IMG/VR virus record: IMGVR_UViG_3300026165_000001
Location: 23,356-87,355 of that record
DNA: 64,000 nucleotides
From: a virus
Taxonomy: Duplodnaviria > Caudoviricetes
Reading direction: 5' to 3' (one strand)
A program made the position numbers and the translations under genes. Of this stretch, positions 58,817-64,000 are shown piece after piece. Numbering within the stretch: position 1 is the first letter of the stretch; each line of letters begins with the position of its first letter. A model generated the notes under the pieces. That model worked only from the letters and a program-made list of their open reading frames with translations. It was not told the origin of the DNA and searched no databases.

Positions 58817-59703
58817 TGACCGAGACCACAGGCGTCGCGTTCTTTGCATACAACACTGAGCAAATTGATTACCTAAAATTAGCGACAGTCGCTGGCAGAT
58901 ATGTCAAGCGGCATATGCCCAATCGTGAAGTGTGTTTAATTACAAACACAGGCACTTGGGATTGGTTCCGTCGCAGTCCCTTTAGTCAATATGAACATGC
59001 ATTTGATGATATTGTATTGATAGAGCCCAGCGAACGTTGGAACGAACGCACTCACTACGATTCGCCTTATTATAAATTTGTCAGTGAGTTTAAAAATGGC
59101 AACAAGCATCGTGTCATTGATTATACACCTTATGATCGCACATTGCTAATTGATATTGACTACGTAATTCAAAACTCTAGTCTGGATTATGTGTTCGACA
59201 CTGACAGTGCTGTAACACTTTTTCATCGTGCTGAAAGTTTGGACAGGCAGCCACCACCACACAGTCATCAAGAGCTAAACAGCTTGGGAATACCGCAGTT
59301 GTGGAGCACGGCGGTTTATTTTGATAAAAACAGCTCGACAAGCCAAATGTTTTTTGATATTTGGGGACATGTCGCTGACAATTATGATTTCTATCGGTTC
59401 CTTTATGGTTTTACAGGAAGTATGTATCGCACAGATTATGCAGTTAGTATCGCAACGCACATAATGAATGGAATGGGACAGGGTGAGTTGATCGAAGACT
59501 TTTCCATGCCCCTGATCAACATGAGTCAGAAAGATAATATTGTCAAAATCAACGGTGCTGATGAATGGGTTTATTTGATAAATGATCGAGAACAGAACTG
59601 GGAAGATACACCGACTTTGATTAAAGGTGAAAATGTCCATGTCATGAATAAACGAGCAATTGAGAGAAATTTTGACGATATAATGGAGGCACTTGATGAA
59701 TAA
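58816..59703 (+). CDS. Glycosyltransferase-like protein (GT-A fold, GT8-like)
   Basis: TPYDRTLLIDIDY DxD motif; YRTDYAVSIA.H; start at ATG 58816 (TAATG). Confidence 0.65.
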   Translation: MTETTGVAFFAYNTEQIDYLKLATVAGRYVKRHMPNREVCLITNTGTWDWFRRSPFSQYEHAFDDIVLIEPSERWNERTHYDSPYYKFVSEFKNGNKHRVIDYTPYDRTLLIDIDYVIQNSSLDYVFDTDSAVTLFHRAESLDRQPPPHSHQELNSLGIPQLWSTAVYFDKNSSTSQMFFDIWGHVADNYDFYRFLYGFTGSMYRTDYAVSIATHIMNGMGQGELIEDFSMPLINMSQKDNIVKINGADEWVYLINDREQNWEDTPTLIKGENVHVMNKRAIERNFDDIMEALDE

Positions 59704-59824
59704 TTTTCTTACTGGTATAGTTCTGGGTCTAATTATTGCGTTGGGGTTTTATATATACGATGCACGTGATGGCTGCATCGGTGGATTAACTGGTCCAAAC
59801 GTCTATTGTGAGGTTTCACAGTGA
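59696..59824 (+). CDS. 42-aa single-pass membrane microprotein
   Basis: Not in ORF track: MNNFLTGIVLGLIIALGFYIYDARDGCIGGLTGPNVYCEVSQ; SD GGAGG; overlaps both neighbours. Confidence 0.75.
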   Translation: MNNFLTGIVLGLIIALGFYIYDARDGCIGGLTGPNVYCEVSQ

Positions 59825-60678
59825 AGGGTTATATCTTCATGGGAGTGGATGATGAGGACAAGAGCGATAATCTTGAGTGCGCATATGCTCTCAGCCTCAG
59901 CCTCAAGTTAGCAGATCCTGAACGTGAAACTTGCGTTGTGGTTGCTGACTTTAACCAAGTGCCAAAGAGACTTGAAAACGGATTTGACTACATTGTTGAG
60001 TTGCCGTTCGGTCGCAGCGAACCCAATCACCATGACATTTTGATTGATTTTTGGCAGGTTTTTTATTGCACTCCGTTTGAACAAACCATATACATAGATA
60101 GATGCAGTCTTGCTCTTGATAATATGTCAAGTCTCTGGTCGGTCAGTGACCGGAACGAGGACATTGTATTTGGCACAGCACGAGATTTTCGTGGTGACCT
60201 TGCTTTTGATAGTGAAAGATTTGTTGCACAAACACGAAGTGAATTACCCGCATTTAAGGCGGATCTCATTTATTTCAGTAAAGATCTTCGTTCCAGTGAA
60301 TTTTTTAAAATGGCTGACCCTGTATTCAAGGGATGGCGCGATATCTATCGTGAATACATTAAAGATTATCGTGTTGATGATTTTGATTACACTCTCATGG
60401 TAAATATCGTTGCACACTTAATAGGTGAGCAATATTTTTGGTCCAATCAATTTGATTATACAGATCTCGAAATCAATTTCCTATTTGATCCGGATAGTGA
60501 TGAAAATATTTGGTTAGATCGTCTAGACGTATGGGTTACTGATGATCCTACTATTAAAATTAATAACCACAATCAACACGGTTTGTTTCACTATGGTGAT
60601 CCGGACTTCTTAAAACAAGAAACAATTGAAGCACTAGATGCCCGTTACCGCAAAACCAAGAAAAAGATCAACTCCTAA
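59821..60678 (+). CDS. Glycosyltransferase-like protein, paralog of 58816
   Basis: AYALSLSLK, TPFEQTIYIDRC (DxD degenerate), FHYG. Confidence 0.55.
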   Translation: MKGYIFMGVDDEDKSDNLECAYALSLSLKLADPERETCVVVADFNQVPKRLENGFDYIVELPFGRSEPNHHDILIDFWQVFYCTPFEQTIYIDRCSLALDNMSSLWSVSDRNEDIVFGTARDFRGDLAFDSERFVAQTRSELPAFKADLIYFSKDLRSSEFFKMADPVFKGWRDIYREYIKDYRVDDFDYTLMVNIVAHLIGEQYFWSNQFDYTDLEINFLFDPDSDENIWLDRLDVWVTDDPTIKINNHNQHGLFHYGDPDFLKQETIEALDARYRKTKKKINS

Positions 60679-61624
60679 CTACTATGTCTATTACAACGAC
60701 TGGACAGGAGAGATCTATACTTTGGGTTGCAGTCCACAGCCTGACAATCCGCAGCCATTTGTTGTTACCCGTGAAGAAACTGTAAGAGAAATTATTCGTG
60801 GCCGCGCCAGTGAAAGTCATTACGTGGTTAGTTTGGATAGTAGTGATGACAGAAAACTAATCAGCAAAAGTGAAATACTGCGCCTGCGTGAAAAAGAAAA
60901 CGACCTCTTTCTTTTACCGCATCAACGCATGAGAGAATGGGATATACGCGCCCGTCTCTACATGCAAAATAAACGTTTGGTATTTGATATCAACCGTGAA
61001 AAAATTCGCAAGATGGTTGCGCACAATATGCAACGAGAGATACATCTCAATAGGCCTGTTACTTTTGAGTTTTATCTTGTCAAGCGCAATCGTCCTGATT
61101 ACCTTCTTGAAGTAATTGAAATCGACGCTGCGACTTTAATCAATGATCGCCTATTAGCGTTTAATATAGAACATCTATTGCCTCATACAGATATACGTGA
61201 CATTGATATAATGACGCGGCGTGTGTTTCGTAATTACTACTATAAGATTTTAGATGATACATACGTAGAAGTCCTTGACGAAGATCGCCTCGCAGCTACC
61301 GCCCGCCGCTGGCAGGTTGCATCCTCAACATCAGATGCTCACATTGTGTTTGAACAAGAGGACGATATAGTCACAGTAACCAGCAATGTCAGTTCTGAAC
61401 AACTGGATGATGTGCAGTTATGGCAACGCATGATGAATTTCTATGTGGTTGGAAATACACCAGACCAATACTATGATCAATTCGAAGTGGACATAAGTGA
61501 ATTGAGAATGGGTCAAGCGGAACGATTCCAAGTAGAATTTGACTTGGATAAAGTGCAGATAATGTATCACAATCCGCTACTAAAAGTTAGAAAAGGAAAA
61601 TCGAATGAATCTCACGCCAATTAA
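60638..61624 (+). CDS. Hypothetical protein with two similar beta domains
   Basis: 328 aa; FYLVKRNRPDY and FYVVGNTPDQY internal similarity. Confidence 0.6.
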   Translation: MPVTAKPRKRSTPNYYVYYNDWTGEIYTLGCSPQPDNPQPFVVTREETVREIIRGRASESHYVVSLDSSDDRKLISKSEILRLREKENDLFLLPHQRMREWDIRARLYMQNKRLVFDINREKIRKMVAHNMQREIHLNRPVTFEFYLVKRNRPDYLLEVIEIDAATLINDRLLAFNIEHLLPHTDIRDIDIMTRRVFRNYYYKILDDTYVEVLDEDRLAATARRWQVASSTSDAHIVFEQEDDIVTVTSNVSSEQLDDVQLWQRMMNFYVVGNTPDQYYDQFEVDISELRMGQAERFQVEFDLDKVQIMYHNPLLKVRKGKSNESHAN

Positions 61625-62600
61625 TCAATTCGATATCGTTTTTATTAGCTACGATGAACCAAATGCTGATGACAATTATAATGATTTGCTAGAAAAATGT
61701 CCATGGGCCTTGCGCAGTCACGGAGTGTATGGAAGCGACGCAGCACACAAAGCAGCCGCAGCCATGTGCGAGACAGATCGCATCATCACCGTTGATGCTG
61801 ATAACATTGTAGATCCAGAGTTCTTCAATCTCGAAATAGATTTGGATGAAGTTGATCGCAGCGATGTTATCAGCTGGGCAGCAAAAAACGAAATCAACGG
61901 GCTAGTTTACGGAAATGGCGGCATCAAATGCTGGCCCCGCCATGTTATTAACAACATGAGAACGCACGAAGCAGCACCAGAAAATGACAAGCGAGCACAG
62001 GTTGACTTTTGCTGGAACATCAACTATGTTCAAATGAATAATGTTTACAGTCACGTCTATAATAATGCCAGTCCATTACAGGCATGGCGAGCAGGCTTCC
62101 GTGAGGGAGTAAAAATGACACTGGACAACGGAGATGTTGTTGACCGTGCACAAGTCAAGCGCGGGCATCGCAAGAACTATCAGCGGCTACTAGTCTGGCA
62201 AACAGTGGGTGCTGATGCGCACAACGGGCTTTGGGCCATTTATGGTGCACGACTTGGCACAGTAATGACCAATTTACAACGCGACGAATGGGATTGGCGC
62301 GCCGTTCGTGACTTTGAATGGTTAAACAATTTTTGGCGAGAATCAGTTGCCCCACGTTTTGCAGCAACAGACATGACAAAAGATATTGTTATTTGTGACC
62401 GGACCGGATATAAACATGATTCGCGCCAACTGCTGACAGAAACAATGAGCCTAGGACAACGTTTACGAGACGATCTTGGGATTGAGATTGCTGACATGGA
62501 TAAACAATCAAGTCGCTTTTTCAAGACTGTATATGTAAATCCTGCTCGTGTCGCACCCATGACACGAGAGACAGTAGTTCGAAATGAAATTGGCGATTAA
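61605..62600 (+). CDS. Glycosyltransferase-like protein
   Basis: DIVFISYDEPNA, AAHKAAA, TVDADN (DxD), YGNGGIKCW, AWRAGFREGVKM. Confidence 0.65.
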   Translation: MNLTPINQFDIVFISYDEPNADDNYNDLLEKCPWALRSHGVYGSDAAHKAAAAMCETDRIITVDADNIVDPEFFNLEIDLDEVDRSDVISWAAKNEINGLVYGNGGIKCWPRHVINNMRTHEAAPENDKRAQVDFCWNINYVQMNNVYSHVYNNASPLQAWRAGFREGVKMTLDNGDVVDRAQVKRGHRKNYQRLLVWQTVGADAHNGLWAIYGARLGTVMTNLQRDEWDWRAVRDFEWLNNFWRESVAPRFAATDMTKDIVICDRTGYKHDSRQLLTETMSLGQRLRDDLGIEIADMDKQSSRFFKTVYVNPARVAPMTRETVVRNEIGD

Positions 62601-64000
62601 TGACAAAGATAAATGATGTCAATTGGGAACGTGAACCTAGCGGCCTAATTGCTAACAACGAAAATAACATTGATAACGTTCGCAACTTGCTAAACAAAAC
62701 AGGTTGTGGATTCTGCCTTGCCAAGTTCAAACAGGTAACGCTTCATTTGGGCACGGGTATGACACACAGTTGTCATCACCCTACTCCACATCGCATTGAT
62801 CCCGAAGCAGTTCAAGCTGATCCCAATCAGTTATTCAATACACCAGAACTCAAAACTGCTCGACGACAAATGCTCAATGATGAAAAACCCAGCGAGTGTG
62901 ATTATTGTTGGCGCGTTGAAGACGATGGCGGCATGAGTGATCGCTATTTCAAAAGTCTTGAGCCCTGGGCGTTGCCAGATCATGATACAGTAGCAGCAAG
63001 CACTGGTGATGAAGATATCTACCCCAGCTACCTGGAAGTAAGCTTTAGCAATGTATGCAATATGAAGTGCACCTATTGCGGTCCAGAGTTTAGCAGTAAA
63101 TGGGTTGAAGAACTCAAGTCACAAGGACCAGTCAAACTGCTAGAAGGAACGGATAAAGAACAATGGGCGCAAGGATATCAGGATTTAGACACCCTCAATT
63201 ACAAGCATAGAGAGTTTAATCCCTACATTGACGCATTTTGGAGATGGTTTCCAGATGCATTGCCCCATCTCAAGCACTACCGTATTACTGGTGGTGAGCC
63301 ACTCATGAGCAAGGAAACATTCAAGAGCATGGACTGGTTGATTGAAAACCCAAACCCTGAGATGGAGTTTTCAATCAACTCAAACTTCAGTGTGCCGGAA
63401 AAATTGTGGGACCGCTTCATCGAGCGTCTCAGCGTGTTGCGAACTGGTAACCGCGTCAAAAAAATCACAATCTATACCAGCATTGAGGGCTGGGGAGAGC
63501 GTGCAGAATACGCGAGGACAGGCTTGGACTTTGAATTGCTACGCAGACGTTACGAGCAAATACTACAGCTAGGCAATGTGCGATGCGTGGTCATGGCAGC
63601 ATACAACATCTTTAGTGTTACCAGCATGAAGGAGATGTTGGAATGGTTGCATGAAATGAAAGTCCAGTATAATCCCAATAACTCTAGTGTTCATCTAGAA
63701 GAAAACACAGGCTTTGAATTGGTTCCTGGCAGCTATGGCGCACGGCGCGAGGCCAATCCCCAACACCACGTCATAGCGGGTATTGATATACCATATCTAC
63801 GTCATCCAGAGTATTTGGATGCTCAGTATTGTGATGCAGACATGGTAGAGCGTTATATGATACCAACATTGGACTACATGTCCAGTCATGCAGCTAGCAG
63901 TGTGTGGGGCGACCATCAAGGATTTGAAAATTACGAAATTGAAAAACTCAAACGCATCATTGTTCATCGTATGTATTTCAATCGCAAAACTCGTGACGAT
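62600..64000 (+). CDS. Radical SAM enzyme with N-terminal Cys-rich (SPASM/twitch-like) region, truncated by window end
   Basis: Not in ORF track. ATG 62600: MTKINDVNW..FCLAK..SCHHP..CDYCW..SNVCNMKCTYCGP (CxxxCxxC)..ITGGEPL. Confidence 0.9.
   Translation, partial: MTKINDVNWEREPSGLIANNENNIDNVRNLLNKTGCGFCLAKFKQVTLHLGTGMTHSCHHPTPHRIDPEAVQADPNQLFNTPELKTARRQMLNDEKPSECDYCWRVEDDGGMSDRYFKSLEPWALPDHDTVAASTGDEDIYPSYLEVSFSNVCNMKCTYCGPEFSSKWVEELKSQGPVKLLEGTDKEQWAQGYQDLDTLNYKHREFNPYIDAFWRWFPDALPHLKHYRITGGEPLMSKETFKSMDWLIENPNPEMEFSINSNFSVPEKLWDRFIERLSVLRTGNRVKKITIYTSIEGWGERAEYARTGLDFELLRRRYEQILQLGNVRCVVMAAYNIFSVTSMKEMLEWLHEMKVQYNPNNSSVHLEENTGFELVPGSYGARREANPQHHVIAGIDIPYLRHPEYLDAQYCDADMVERYMIPTLDYMSSHAASSVWGDHQGFENYEIEKLKRIIVHRMYFNRKTRDD

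Noticed and set aside
1-64000. Stop-codon reassignment, tRNA genes, inteins or homing endonucleases
   Set aside because: Genes are full length and tightly packed in code 11 with TAA, TGA and TAG all used as stops; no cloverleafs or intein/HNH/GIY-YIG motifs were seen by eye.

Overview
The window is the virion-morphogenesis region of a large T4-superfamily-like myovirus (about 41% GC by eye, standard genetic code). From left to right it holds: neck/tail-completion genes (gp13 partial, gp14, gp15) and a NUDIX hydrolase; a minus-strand fibre cluster; the head operon (gp23, gp22, gp21, acidic core protein, gp20); the tape measure and a divergent gp26-like tail chaperone; a 580-nt structured non-coding gap; a recombination/transcription operon (resolvase, gp46, gp47, gp55); the baseplate operon (gp48/54, gp53, gp27, gp5-M15 peptidase, lysozyme-fold protein, gp25, gp6, a 3.7-kaa gp7-like wedge); a second fibre/tailspike cluster; and a sigma70-driven glycosyltransferase/radical-SAM operon cut off at the right edge. 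gp55-type late promoters (ATAAATA) and sigma70 promoters can be read directly. The most notable items are: (1) a ~380-nt multi-stem minus-strand RNA candidate followed by GCGAAGC mini-hairpins, possibly an RNA-primed origin; (2) a -1 frameshift site (T TTT TTC) fusing the tail chaperone to the next ORF; (3) a possible plug-and-socket fibre docking code, with four FxxxFxxxF-type peptides matching four paralogous fibre N-terminal domains; (4) a promoter- and terminator-bounded sRNA candidate behind the capsid gene; (5) a small protein carrying a copy of a capsid helix. All product calls come from motif recognition by eye; no database searches or folding programs were run.
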